From assembly GCF_004010195.1 (NCBI RefSeq), contig NC_057756.1, positions 1,949,703 to 2,013,235 on the forward strand: 63,533 nucleotides of DNA, in the 5' to 3' direction. Numbering within the stretch: the stretch's first letter is position 1; each line of letters opens with the position of its first letter. The position numbers and the translations under genes are program-made. Shown piece after piece: positions 26,814 through 40,164 of the stretch. Source of the DNA: Chiloscyllium plagiosum (lineage: Eukaryota). The notes beneath the pieces were generated by a model, which was not told the origin of the DNA, did not search any database, and saw only the letters and a program-made list of their open reading frames with translations.

Positions 26814-26849
26814 GGGCTTCTTTGATCTGTTTTTTCAAGTTTTCTAGTT
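26814..26849 (-). CDS. 36-nt phase-1 micro-exon, (E)LENLKKQIKEA
   Basis: ttgttttctcgtgtttcag|AACTAGAAAACTTGAAAAAACAGATCAAAGAAGCCC|gtgaga. Confidence 0.7.
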
Positions 26850-27408
26850 CTGAAACACGAGAAAACAAAGTTAGTTGACTGTAACGGAATCTATAGGAAT
26901 TTCTGAACATTAATCCTCATTTAAATCATTTGATTGCTTTATCAATGATTAAATTCGTCGTTCATTTTTTTAAAATTGCAATATGATTGGATAAAAGCAC
27001 CATTTCAGATTGCAAAAAAAGCACGGCTACAGAAAATGAGGAACAAAAAGCGTGGAACATTGCAGATACAGAGGGATGGTATGTTCGCCGAGATGGGAAT
27101 TTGGACGCAGTCGTTTCGTTCACTGTGTAGGTGACATCCTCAGTGCCGTGAAGCACTGCTGTACTGTGTTATTGAAGGTAATTTAGTTTCATTTCAGCTG
27201 ATCTCAGTTGCCAGTTCTGGCTGTTCATTGCAATGGGATCTATATTTTGTCCAGTTACATGTGTTTAGTGACGGAGACCTTGGCTGAGTTACATGCTTCG
27301 AGGAATTCTCTGGCTATCCATTGCTTCGGTTGACCTATCATTTCTGTGTTGTTCCAGTCGATTTCGTTTTTCTTGTCGTCTGTGGTTTTTTTTTAGATAT
27401 TAATGATA

Positions 27409-27639
27409 CTCGCAAGGTTTGTGAAAGTTTGTAGCTCAGGTTGAGGTTGAGGGTGTAGGTTGTCTCGCTGAGCTGTCGGTTTGATATCCAGGAATCCCAC
27501 CCAGTAGAAAGATATAAATAGAAAGCAGGAGACAACAGCTTCACTTCACTTGGAGGTCGCCACTGATGATGTTACCTAGCCAGGTAATGAAACGTCTGGA
27601 TATCAAACCTACAGCTCAGCGAGTAAACCTACACCTTAA
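27409..27639 (+). mobile_element. Young non-autonomous Penelope-derived insertion with 12-bp target duplication
   Basis: atattaatgata at 27397-27408 and 27640-27651; internal inverted repeat about 27451-27491 vs 27596-27636. Confidence 0.85.
27560..27599 (+). ncRNA. Minimal hammerhead ribozyme motif (Penelope-associated)
   Basis: cca-CTGATGA-tgttacct agcc aggtaat-GAAAC-GTC-tgg: intact core, stem II, short stem I and palindromic ACGT stem III. Confidence 0.75.
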
Positions 27640-30179
27640 ATATTAATGATATGTGGCATTTAGTGATTTTTTGATGTTACTGAAGGCAGATCGCTAATTG
27701 TTTGCCTATTTGTCCTATATAGTGTTTCATGACGCCTCGGCATGGAATCTTGCACACCATAGTTGTCCTACACATGATGGGTATATCGTTTTTATAATCT
27801 GGTGCATGAGCGTGGCTGTCTGTTTATGTGCTGTCACAACTCTGTGTGTTCGGAGGAATCTCGCTGTCAGAATCGTGGCATGTCCTCGTCGAGTTGTTTG
27901 TCCGCCAACCATGTGGACAGAAATAACAGATGCCACGATTGGAAGCTATCAATAAATTCTGCATACTCAAATTATTGGACGTGTGTTTGACTATGTACTT
28001 CATATACAACAGCTCGATGAATGAACTAATTAATGAGATACTGTGGCCGCACTATCTCATGGCAAAAGCAGTATGCAAAGTCTGGAACAAACAGCCAGTC
28101 TATAAATAAGACTCAAACTTTCGATCAGGAACATTGTCGGCATATTTGTAAAAAAATAAAATATGAGAGTTCGTGAGTACACACCGGATTATCAACACCA
28201 TCACATTTGCGAGAGAGGAGGATATTAACAACAAACTCCCATGTCCCAGATATGATGCTAGAAATAACACAGTACGTGGAATGCCCAATAAAAGTGTGCA
28301 GAGAAAGCACGCACAATCTTCCAGATTCTGAATTCGAATAGCTATCACCCCAACAACCACAAGGGAATCTGTATTAGGACTTTGTTCAAAAGGGCTACAA
28401 CACACTTCAGTACCTCTGAGCTGTGAAGAGACACACAAGAAAACCTTTACAAACTATTTTCCAAGACCGCATATCCCCGCAATTTCATCTGCACATGCTT
28501 GGCAGAGAAACAACGTGACGAGGACCTGCCACAACCTAACACAGTAACCACTTTCCCTATCATAAAAAATGTATCCAAAACGACAGCCAGAGTCCTCCGA
28601 CGATTCTGATTTATGAAAGCACATATAGCAACACCCATTATCCAAAAACAACTAAAAAACCTTCATGTGCAGGACAAACAAAGTTTTACACATTCCATTC
28701 AGACACTGCATGAAAAAAACATTTAGGACAAACAGGCAGAGAAATAACCATCTGCATCCATGAGCATCAAGTAGTCAGTAAAGGGCATGTGCAGCCATCC
28801 AGAGTACCCAGAAACATAGTTGACAAATCAGAACTGCGACAGGGACAACGCAACAATACGAGAACCAGTGAAGTCGTGGACAGCCAGAAAATTCCTGGAA
28901 GCCTGGCACTCATCCGCTGACTCCAAAAATAAACTTGACTATCACGATGCAATATATCATTCACTGCAACAAACAAGTGGAACTGACCATCTCAACAAAG
29001 GGTATGAAACCAAATAAATTCCAACTGACACAGTGTAGGAATCACCATAACATTGCGGATGCCTCCTGGAAAGGGGAGGACATGTCTGCCAACCAAATTC
29101 CCATCTGGCAAACATATACACAAAAAACTCCAAGTGGCGCCCAAGCTACAAATATTAACACACAGTTTTCTAAGAGGGAAAGTAATAGTCGAAGTGGATT
29201 CAAAGTTGCATTGTACGACTGGCATTTATGCTACGTGAGACATGATTTCTCCAACTTTCACTATGGATAGAATTGATCAGCTACAGGTATTTCTGAAGGG
29301 GTGAGGGGAAAGTAAATCAGAGAATTTTGTCCATATTGTGATCCCACATATTTGAGGAAAGAGGAATGAGATCCTGTAACAGAATTTATGGTACTAGGAA
29401 ACATTTTATAAGGCAGAACTTAAAGTTCTTCAATCCTGGATTATTCCCAGTGCCACGAGCAAAAGAGTATTTAGATCCAAGTACACAACAAAAGAATGCT
29501 TCACAGCTGAGCTCGATTTGGAGCGTGAACTTTTGTTGCCTGTATTCTTTTTGGGCAACGTCAACACTCTTCAAGTATGAGGTCTTGCACACGAGCAAGA
29601 ATGGGACTCGTATCCCTGTGGACTTTTTTGCTGGTGTATTGGTGTATTGATGGTATATTGTATTTGGGCAGTGGGATAAGATTTGGTGTGCACGCACAGA
29701 AGGGGCTAATGCATAAACAATTCATTAAAAAGGAAGAATGTCAATTGACAATGCAGTGCAAGTATAGGTAAGATAGATATAATCATTTATGGAAGGACTG
29801 GATTGCCTTTATGTCAGTTTGATTGCGTTTTAATGTTATTTGGATGTGCAAATGTTTTATGTAAACCAACATAGCTAAAATCTCACAGTTTTTATGAAGA
29901 TATGGTTGATGGACAAACAAAGTTTGCGTGACAATATTACGGGGTAGGGATTTTTTTTTAGTTACTTGCAGAGATCTTGAAAGAGATCATAGCAAGAATG
30001 CCAGGTCAACATAATTCTATGAATACAAAGGAAACAAAATGCACATAAACCTTGAACAGTGTGGAAGGTGGTGGGCTGAAATTAGGAAACAAATATTATC
30101 TTCAATACTGCATGTTCAAAACAGCCGATGTCCTGCAGAAGTACCATAATAGCAGGGATTGGTGAAAAGAAAAAAAGAC

Positions 30180-30850
30180 GAATAAATTAGGAGTGCAAAG
30201 AAGCGAATTCTTTTTTGAAGTAAACTAATGAGAAACATTACCTAAAGTCCAAAGACGATTCTTAAGTGTATTTGTGGCCAGGGAATAATCAGGAGAAGAA
30301 TTCAGTATATCAGGGACAAAACTCGCAATCCGTGTGTTCGCATAATATATAGCTGCGGTTCTATTGAGAAATATGCATCTGTAAACACAATAAAGAAGGT
30401 TGATATAGGCGTAGGCATTAAGGAGGAAGCGTGTGTGACATACTTGAAGAATTTAGCATTGAGAGAGAATATTCGCTATGTTTTGGACAGGATTGTTAAT
30501 TAGACACAATCCCAGGCTAACATGTAATGTATCAATGAGTATATGAGAGGGAAGGGAGTAGATTATACGAGACTACACATTACACATTAACTTCACTCTA
30601 ACCAATAGAAAGATACCACAGGACTGCAGGATGTCTAGCATTGCACAATTCTTCAAGCATGGCGGTTGATACAAACCAGGAAACTGTAGGACAGTCAGTT
30701 TACCATTAATGGGAGGGAAAACATTGTATTAAAAAAATGACGGCAGAATAAAACATATATTTGGAGACTTCAGGATTATCCAACGGCAGTCATGATGGTT
30801 TTGTAAGAAGGAAAACGTGTTTTACAAGTTGGATTGAATAGTTCAAGGAT
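30180..30850 (+). mobile_element. Highly degenerate CR1 ORF2 (RT N-terminal) fragment
   Basis: KPGNCRTVSLP (PGNYRPVSLT-like) and GFVRRKTCFTSWIE (HGFxKGRSCLTNLIE-like). Confidence 0.7.
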
Positions 30851-32244
30851 ATGTCTGGTTATGTTGTAAAATATTGTTTTGCACCAAGCATATCCAACAT
30901 ATATTTCAGTGTGTTTAATGCAAAATTCTCGAATGTTATGATACTGAGAGCCCCGTGGCCATTGTGGTTCTCCTTAAAGCACGTAGTCGGCAGTAGTTCA
31001 AGAAGACATGTAAATTATAGCTTCTCAAGACCGACTATGGAGGGAAATAAATGTTAGTCAGACAGTGACGTCCACGAGCGAATAACAATAAAATAGGTTA
31101 ATTAAATGCTCTATTCGCACCAGAGCTTTAAAGATGTGAACTGAAATCATGCTGAAGTAAGTCCCACTTAAGCTAGCAGTGATTGTCCCAGCACTTGTTG
31201 TGTTCACTAATGCCCTACTGGGAAATATACCTGTTAAACATACATCGTGCTTTTATTTCGTATTATCTGTCACTCCAGCCACATAAATGCTATTTGGTCT
31301 ATTTTTATCTTATCTGAGTAAAATCCTCAATTGGCAGCAAATGTTCCTACTTCCAGCTGCGCTGAGATACCAAGAAAATGCATAATGTAAAGACACAAAT
31401 AAATAATACTGAATCAAATAATTTGTGTTGTGAACATTGATGTTATTAATTTAGAAAACTGAGAAAGAGATGGAATGCTAATTTAATAAGAGGTATAATA
31501 AATCGTCCAGGAAAAAAAATGTTGACGTCAACTAGACCAGAATATTAATTTGGAGATTTTGCAATTTTTAAAATCATTTAATATATTTATCGTTCATTTG
31601 TGTATTTAAGTTGAGTCGGTTAGCGAGGAAGATTATAAAAAAAGAAGTTGCAACCTCCACCAGGACTAATGATCATCTCGTGGTCTGCAGAAATGTTACC
31701 ACTATTGCTGTAACCTCATTAAACACAAGTACTGAATTATGATCAACTCAAAACTTTACATCAGAATTTTGAAGGATATTAGAATCTCAAAGATATGGCA
31801 AAGATCGAGTCACATAACATTAAACTGGTGTTACCCGTGTTCCACTGTCGAATCATCATAATATAGCACAATAATCTGAGAAGCATTGAATTATTACATG
31901 GCGAACTCATGCAAGTATAACAGGCTGCTATAAAAATGGTGTTTATGAGTCTGTCAATGCATTAATATTTCTTTATCAAATGGTAAATGGCAGGAGGAGG
32001 ATGGATTTTTAACAAACATCATGGTTAATGCAGTTTGAAAGTCAGTTTTGTGTGCATTGAAACTTTGCAGATTGGATGTTTTGAAGATTATTTTAATGCA
32101 CATGTACAGTATTTGCTTGGTGAAGAGGAGAAAAAAAATAAAAATGCAAAACGTTTACAGATGAAGGAAAACAAATATTTTGTTAAATATTAGATATTTT
32201 CATAATGGCTGAAAGAACTAATAGAGACAACACAATAAATTGAA

Positions 32245-34950
32245 AACATAGAACATTAAAATGCAGTACAAGCCTTTTTGCCCTCGATGTTGTTCGAACC
32301 TGTGGAATCAATCTGCAGCCTATCTATACTACCCAATTCCAATTTCATCCATATGTTTATCCAAGGGCCATTTGAATTCCCTTAAACTTGAACGAGTCTA
32401 CTACTTTTGCTGGCAGCCCGTTCCACGATGCTGTTACGCTCTGTGTAAAGTAACGACCTCTGATATCTGTCCTATATCTACCACCACTCAATTTCTATCT
32501 ATGTGACCTCGTGCTAGACATCATCATCCGAGGAAAAAGGCTTTGGCTGTCCACCATATCTAACCTTATGATTCTATTATATGTCTTAATTAAATCACTT
32601 CTCAACCTTCTTTTCTCTAACGAAGACAGCCTCAAGTCCCTCAGCGTCCCACCATGCCAGGCAACATCCTAGTAAATCTCTGGACGGTTTGCAAAGCTTC
32701 CACATCCTTCTTACAATGCGGCGACCAGTATTGCTTACAATTCGTCAAGTGCAGCTGCACGAGAATAATATAGACGTGCAGCATGCCCCTCGTGATTCCG
32801 AATCTTAAACCTTCTACCAGCAAAAGCACCGTATGCCTTTTTAACAAGCCTACAAAACTAGGTGGCCACTTTCAGGGATCAATGTAAGTGGACACTGAGA
32901 TCTCTCTGCTCTTCTATAATACCAAGAATATTACCATGAAATCAGTACTCTTTATTCTGTTTACTCCTTCCAACTTGAATCACCTCACACTTATCAGCAT
33001 TAAACTAAATTTTCCACCACTCAGCCCAGTTCTGCAGCTTATCTATGTCCCTTTGTGATTATGAGGGACTTTAACTTCCCCGAAACTAACTGAAAAAACT
33101 ATAACACTAGTGTGACGGATGAATCGGGTTTTGTCGAATGTGTGCAGGAGGGTTTCCTGAAACAGTATGTCGAAGGGTCGATAAGAGAGGAGGCCACACT
33201 GGGTCTGGTACTTGATAATGACCTAGGCGGGATGCTTGATTTAGTCGTAGGTGAGCACTTTGGGAAGTGTGTCCAAAATTCAGTTACGTGTAGTTTAGTG
33301 ATGGCAAGAGACAAGTACATGTCACAGGGCAAGAGTTATCGATGAGGAAATGGCAATTATAATGCGAGTATAAAAGACTTAGGATGTATAGAATGGGGTA
33401 GCTAAATGCGTGTCCTTGATAGGTACATCCCTGGCAGACAGGGAGGAAGTGACAAGGTACGGGAAATTGCATGTCTTTTTAAACGGAAGCAGGCAGTGGA
33501 TGTGGCAATAGGACCAGATGGTTATTGCTAGTGTGGATGTGCAGAAGCATCTTGGAGTCCATGTACATCAATCCCTGAAAGTTGCCACCCAGTTTGAAAC
33601 TGCTGTTAAAGGGCATATGGCATGTTAGGTTTTATTGGTTTGGGGATTGTGTTCCGGAGATGTGATGTCAACCTGCAACTATACAAAAGACCAGTGCTGC
33701 CACACTTCGAATGTTGTGTATAGATTTGGTCGCCCTATTACAGGAAGGATGTGAAAAAAATGGAAAATGTGCAGAGGAGATTTACCAGGATGTTAGCAAA
33801 AAGCAAATTACTGCGGATAATGAAATCTAAAACCAAAAGAGAAAATGCTGGATAATCTCAGCAGGTCTGGCAGCATCTGAAAGGAGCTTTGACAAAGGGT
33901 CAGTTGGACTCGAAACGTCAGCTCTTTTCTCTCCTTACAGATGGTGCCATACCTGCTGAGATTATCCAGCATTTTCTCTTTTGGTTACCAGTATTTTGCC
34001 TGGTCTGGAGGGAAGATCTTATGAGGAAAAGCTGAGAGACTGATGTCTGTTCTCATTGGAAAGAAGAATTCTAAGAACTGATTTGAAAGAGACATACAAG
34101 GAGACATACTATCCTTTCTCCAACTATAAGCCCAGCCCTGCGTTATATACCCATCCCTTTCCATTGCTATAAAAAATATAACCACATTGTCACCACTGTC
34201 ACCAAAGTGCTGATCAAAAACCTGTCGTGTTTTATTACCCAGCAACAAATCCAATGCAGCCTCGCCTTTGCTGACTTGTCTCCATATTGTATTAGGAGAG
34301 CATCCTGCACACATTGGACAAAAACTGACTCATCTAAAATACATGAACTGTAGTGTTCTCATTCAATATTTGAAAAGTTAATGACCCCCCATAACACCTA
34401 CCATGGTGATCTCGCTCCTATCCAAAATCACCTTTGCTATCCTTTGCTCCACACCTCGAGAACTCTTCAGACGTCTATAGAAAACTCTGAACAGGTGAAC
34501 ATCATTACCTTTTATTGACCTCAGCCCATACCTCGGCAATAGATCCGTCCTCAAACGTCCTTTCTGCCATTGTAATCCTGTCATGACTGACAATGACACG
34601 CCTCTTCGTGATCTGCCATCCACTGTGTCCTTATTGAAACGTCTAAATCGCAGAACCTGCAACAATCCTTCCTGTTTCTTCTATCCATGTCTCTGAAATA
34701 GCCACAACATGGTATCAACCCATGTATGAGTTCACCCTCTTATTACGGATGGTTCTGCCATTGACATAGGCACACTTCAAACCAATATTCTGCTTGCCAG
34801 TGAACTTTTGAGATGTTGAAACCTGATTTCTGACCTCAATACTTTCAAATTCCTTGACACTGGAAATGAAACTTAAGTTTCCATCCCCCTGCTGAATCAC
34901 CCAAAGAGCAAAAGCAATCCTACGACCCTCCCCAACCTGCGAGCCCAGGA
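32245..34950. mobile_element. Cluster of CR1 fragments in both orientations (3' end, AP-endonuclease region)
   Basis: FVECVQEGFLKQYVEGSIREEATLGLVL on plus; QYWSPHCKKDVEALQTVQRFTRMLPG and GEAALDLLLGN on minus. Confidence 0.85.
33795..33986. mobile_element. Short Penelope-derived hairpin element inserted into CR1
   Basis: About 50-bp inverted arms 33830-33879 and 33938-33986 around gggtc..gactcGAAACGTC; interrupts CR1 ttaccaggatgtt/gcctggtctggagg. Confidence 0.75.
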
Positions 34951-35866
34951 TATTGGTAACCTTCTTGTTCAATACATGCTTGCATTGGAAAATGTTTGGG
35001 AAACATTTTCATGACTTAATCAGGAACACGTTAGGACAAATCTACGCATGGATTTCAGAAGTTGAGAATGATCTGCCTGAAGTTGATCAACTTTAATGTT
35101 GGTTAACAATAAAATGTGTTGTTACAACGCAGAATGAAAACAGCTAATTCCCACACCTCTGCACCCCATGTGTTTCAAACTAATTTTGATTTCATTATTC
35201 ATCCAAGATGTCAAGTGAAAAAAGCGCACCTATTGCTTTATCGAGTAGCAGTCTGTCTGTAAATCAGAAAATATTGCACATTACATATGTTCAAATCATT
35301 TGCATCTTAATATATGAAACTGGTTATTATCCACGGGCAAAAAAAACTGGATCTCAACTCTCTGGTGATAGCAATTTTGAATATTTAATATAATTTGGAG
35401 CAGATTTATATTCAAAATCAAAGATTTCACAATTGTTAGTGATCAACTTGGAGCCGTGATTGAAAGTCAAGTTTCTGCTGCTAATGAGATACTGCATCTT
35501 TATTTTTAAATAACATCAGTAAGACCGGATATCTCGTTGTTAACTATTTGCATCAAGGAGACTAAAGAATCAAGTCGTTGAACTAAAGGAAAATAAAACG
35601 TGCTTTATATTTTCCTTGTTGTTGCTTTTCAATGTCTCATGTTTGATGCAACGCAGGTAAGTCTGTTCCATTATTCCTTTAATAAACCATTTTCACTTTT
35701 CATGCAGTGAACATTTGAAGTCCAGTTTTGCCTCATGGCATATTGGATCATTTGACTTGCGTGCTTGAGGAAATAATATGGTAATCAAAATGGTCTTATC
35801 AAGTGTTAAATGGAAAATACATGACACTGCAATTATAGAGCGTTTTGCAATCTAGTACTTACTCAC

Positions 35867-35893
35867 CGTCTGATTTGAATTTTCCATCTTGTT
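35867..35893 (-). CDS. 27-nt phase-1 micro-exon, (E)QDGKFKSD
   Basis: tttcttttttattcag|AACAAGATGGAAAATTCAAATCAGACG|gtgagt. Confidence 0.7.
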
Positions 35894-36132
35894 CTGAATA
35901 AAAAAGAAACTCCATTACCTCCTGATCTAGATCATTGTTAAAAATAATCTTTAAATTCCTTATTAAATATTGTGCGCCAGATTTTGTATAGTTATTTGAC
36001 TGTAACTAACGTGGAAATCTCTATCATAATGTGAAGTTGGTCTCCAATTTAAAGTCATGGAAGTGCATTTCAAACTGGATTTAAGCATTATACATTTCCA
36101 GTACACAATTCTGATATTATAATACCGTTCAC

Positions 36133-36168
36133 CATGAATGACTTAAAGTTCTCAATTTTGGCTTCCTT
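36133..36168 (-). pseudogene. 36-nt exon relic with intact AG/GT but phase-1 stops, EGS QN* EL* VIH
   Basis: cttttggatcag|AAGGAAGCC...TCATTCATG|gtgaac. Confidence 0.4.
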
Positions 36169-37800
36169 CTGATCCAAAAGTTCAACAATGACCAGTTGTA
36201 CCTTTCTCACAAAACTAAACCTGCGTCTCTGGACACATGTAGCTATGGCAGTTTTGTCTTAGTTTAGGTGTTTTTCATCTATCAACATGTTTCTGCATAC
36301 AAAGTGGTCAAGCGTTTTCTACATTTCAGTTCTGATGTTACTCATCGAACTGGAGAGTGAACACTTTTTTTTTATCAGAAATGATTTGTTGAGTATTACT
36401 GCCAACCTCCAAATCCAATTCCTATTCTAGTTTCAAATGTATTTTCAATTATTATAATGATTTACAAACACAATACATTGTTTTCTCCAATATTCATATG
36501 CCATCTACAGGAAAATACTTAATAATAATATTTGCTACAATGTGATTTCTGTAGAAAATTAAACATTGTGCTTTTGCCCACCTCTACATATATTTCTGAC
36601 GACATGTTATGACACACCTTTACTTGGAGTGTTAATTCATCAGCAGAAGTACAAAGCATATACATTTTTGTCGAATGTGCACAAAATAATTGGCTTTATA
36701 TCGATCATGCAGTCGGCACTACTTCTTAGAGCACAAAGATGTTTGTGAAATCTCATTCCCAAAGGTTACTAAATTAAGCCAATCAAATGCGTTTTTCTCC
36801 TTTTTTGGTGTATTTCATATTCCTCACGTAACTTTTATTTATATGGTGACAGGTTTTGTACAATCGTTGGCAAAAAAAAGATTACTCTGTAGCTTTTTCA
36901 TAGCATTCCTTTGAGCAGAATTTCGCCAGTGTATTTTGGGCATTTCCTCGCTGAAGTCACAACTTAAACTATTGTTGGAAGTTATTGCATACCATCGTAG
37001 AGGATCTGGTTGTAATTCTGTGGCTTTGAAGAATATTATTATCGAATGTTTTCATGAAAGTATCTGTAATAATATACAATACATTATACATGCCTTAAAC
37101 TGATGGTGAATTTAAGTATGCAGTTTGTGGACTGGGATTTAATACTACATTCAACTTTACACACATTTTTCCATATGCTTTGTATGTTTGCTGATGAGCT
37201 GGACAATAAAGGGACAAACAGAAAAATCAAAATCAAGAGCAACAGTTTTCAGTTTGCTTGCATCCATTTATGTGTAATCTAAGGCCTGAGATGATGCAGA
37301 TGTAGCTTCATTTTTTTGTTGACTGTTCATAACGCTTAAATTGCATTCATGTTAGTAATCAGAGTGAGTCAACATTGACTGTATTCTATTAGCCATCGGC
37401 AATTGTTATCTGGAAGGAAAATGAACGCATCTGTGGGTACTTATATTTTAGGAGATAGATTTCTGTTCGAAAGGACACAAAATAATCTTCAGCGGAATGC
37501 ACTTGAAATGCTTCTTATGCATATGAAATTGTGTATATAAACCAAGCTGTCAGGTAGTGTTACAAGAAACAGAAAATTCCAAACTGCACGGCTGTTTCTG
37601 ACAAATGCTTGAAAGTCGCTTTTGAATCTGTAAAATACCATAAGACTGATTTTCTAAGTGCTGAATCTCTTACTCTACCTTCAAATGTTGGTTTTGTATA
37701 CATTTTTCAACATTGCTGAAACTATTTTACTCCAAATTACACATAGTTCAACGTCTATGTTCCTACATCCAGATTTGTTTTTCCTTTTTTTCACTCTCAC

Positions 37801-37836
37801 CCATGCTCTTTATAAGCTCTGTCAGTTTGTTCACCT
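37801..37836 (-). CDS. 36-nt phase-1 micro-exon, (E)VNKLTELIKSM
   Basis: gttattttcatttcag|AGGTGAACAAACTGACAGAGCTTATAAAGAGCATGG|gtgaga. Confidence 0.65.
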
Positions 37837-38214
37837 CTGAAATGAAAATAACGGAAAATTTTATAAGTCACGATCAGTCGGTTCCAATAAAATACAGATG
37901 GCAGAAGGAAAAAGAAGAAATAAAGCAAATCGATTTTTTAAAGAAAAGATGAAGATGCATTAAGTTGAAAAGAAAATGAGTAATCAAAGACGGGGTTAAT
38001 GAAATAAAAGAAAAGTGAAACAATGTTAAAAAGAAAAGTTCTTCACTTCGACATTTTGCTATTCCTATCATGCATTTTGCATGTCTCTGACATTTCAAAT
38101 AAACTTCAAGAGATTCATCAAAAAACATAGATGATAAAATGAACAGAAATTTGATTTGTTTAGTAGCTGCAAAGATTTAATAGCCGTATTGCTCATCCCC
38201 AAAAGCACAGAAGG

Positions 38215-38480
38215 CAGTTAAGGGACAGTCGCATAACTTGGTCCTGGAGTCACATGTAGGCCAGACCTGGTAAGGATGTCAATTTCCTACCTAAAACGGC
38301 ATTACTGAAGCAGATGGCTTGGTCAAGCAATCGACAGTGGATTCATTATCATTGTTAGACTCTTAGTTTCAATTTTTTTTGTGGAATTCAAATCCCACCA
38401 TTTGCAATGGTAGGATTCGAACGTGGTCCCCAGAAAATTTCCTGGTCTTGGGATTACCTGTCCAGCAGTCATTCCACTCG
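38215..38480 (-). mobile_element. tRNA-derived SINE, a different family from HE1
   Basis: B-box GTTCGAATCC on minus (38413-38422) followed by a body resembling a common shark SINE (from memory). Confidence 0.65.
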
Positions 38481-39591
38481 GGCATCCTCTCCAAACGGCA
38501 TCTATAGGCTCATATTAGCGACAATGGGCAGTTTGTACGTACGTTGTTATGACTTTATTTTAACTTATATATAATACTCCTAGTCAAAGAGTTCGATATG
38601 CATCAAAATCGTGGAAAACAGGCAGACACGCTTTACAAAGAGAATCTGATGGGCTGCATCGGGAGCAAAATTGCATTCGTGAAGATTACAAATAGGCTGA
38701 CAAATATCACTGAACGCAATTTTTTAGTAGTAAGATCACCAGATTCTCATTATAAATAAACTATGCAATTTGACTTGAAATCGGCAAAAAAGGATAACTC
38801 ACACTACAGAAAAATACGTTTCAAGAATACTGTAACTGTGAAACACTGTTAGGCTTCTGCATGAGCTCCATTCAGAAGCAATATGATCCAGCACGTCTGC
38901 GGCTGGAGAGAATAATTTTAAATCCACAGAGCAATTTTAAATTAAAACATCTTCAGTGCAAAGTCAATTACCCACGATGCGACATCAGAGTCAACAAACG
39001 TTTGGCTTAGTATCAGAACTACAATTCTCTGCTTTGTGAATGTATCATGCAAAACCTAAACTTTCATGAAACAAATCACTTCTAAGAGTATTGAAAACCT
39101 ATTATTCCTAGTATGCAGAATGTCTGAGTCGTATGTTATGATGAGTTATTGTGCATATTTACTCAGGTTAATGATTCTTGTCAAAAATCGTTGTGTCTTA
39201 ACTGATTTCCTTTTGTTTGTAATAAACCAAGTCCACACATTTGTTTTTATATTCTTAAGAAGCCTTGTTGAACTTTTCCTGATTATGAACAGTATACATT
39301 CTGTTACTTGTGTACATCTGCAATTTCAAAACTTGTTTGTCTTTATGAACAATACGAAATTTAATGATTTCACTTTAACCCTCTTAACTCTTTTAGATGT
39401 ATCAAAAAATGTTTTTATTGCCTACTCAGTTCCATTCTCTCATTAAGTGTTCTCATATTACATTTCATCGGCATAATTACATCTTTCTGACTGACTATAC
39501 AAGTAGTCCTTAAAGAAATTTCCAGTTGATTAGACATGTATATTAACTTTTCATATCTCAACTGTCTGGCCTTGTTTGCAAAGAGATTATT

Positions 39592-39915
39592 GGGCGGCAC
39601 GGTGGGCGGCACGGTGGCACAGTGGTTAGCACTGCTGCCTCGCAGCGCCAGAGACCCGGGTTCAATTCCCGACTCAGGCGACTGACTGTGTGGAGTTTGC
39701 ACGTTCTCCCCGTGTCTGCGTGGGTTTCCTTCGGGGGCTCCGGTTTCCTCCCACAGTCCAAAGATGTGCAAGTCAGGTGAATTGGCCATGCTAAATTGCC
39801 CGTAGTGTTAGGTAAAGGGGTAAATGTAGGGGTATGGGTGGGTTACGCTTCGGCGGGTCGGTGTGGACTTGTTGGGCCGAAGGGCCTGTTTCCACACTGT
39901 AAGTAATCTAATCTA
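39592..39915 (+). mobile_element. Full-length young HE1/V-SINE
   Basis: A-box TGGCACAGTGG, B-box GGTTCAATTCC, V-domain core, (TAATC)n tail; attatt duplicated at 39586-39591 and 39916-39921. Confidence 0.95.
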
Positions 39916-40164
39916 ATTATTGCTTTCAGTACAATATAGTTATTTTCTATTAAAACTGAAAATGTATTTTCAAATTCCTTCCCATTGTGATATTATAACA
40001 CTGCCTGTCTCTGATACTGAGTACAATGTGCACAATGTTCACCTTTTTGGTGTCATTTACAGTCATTACATATTACCATATAAGTTGCCACAATTGGAGC
40101 AAAAGCACTCCTTCGTTCATGCAGGTAGTTAATGTAATTATTGATTTTATACACTGTGGGTATA

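Larger units (their letters stand above)
27200..29130 (+). mobile_element. Old Penelope-like element (RT plus GIY-YIG) with an inverted 5' segment
   Basis: ITFAREEDINNKLP, LGQTGREITICIHEHQ and RKFLEAWHS on plus; AREFLEACNS on minus near 27290-27320. Confidence 0.8.

Noticed and set aside
39592..39680. tRNA gene
   Set aside because: The A/B boxes belong to the tRNA-derived head of a SINE, not a standalone tRNA.
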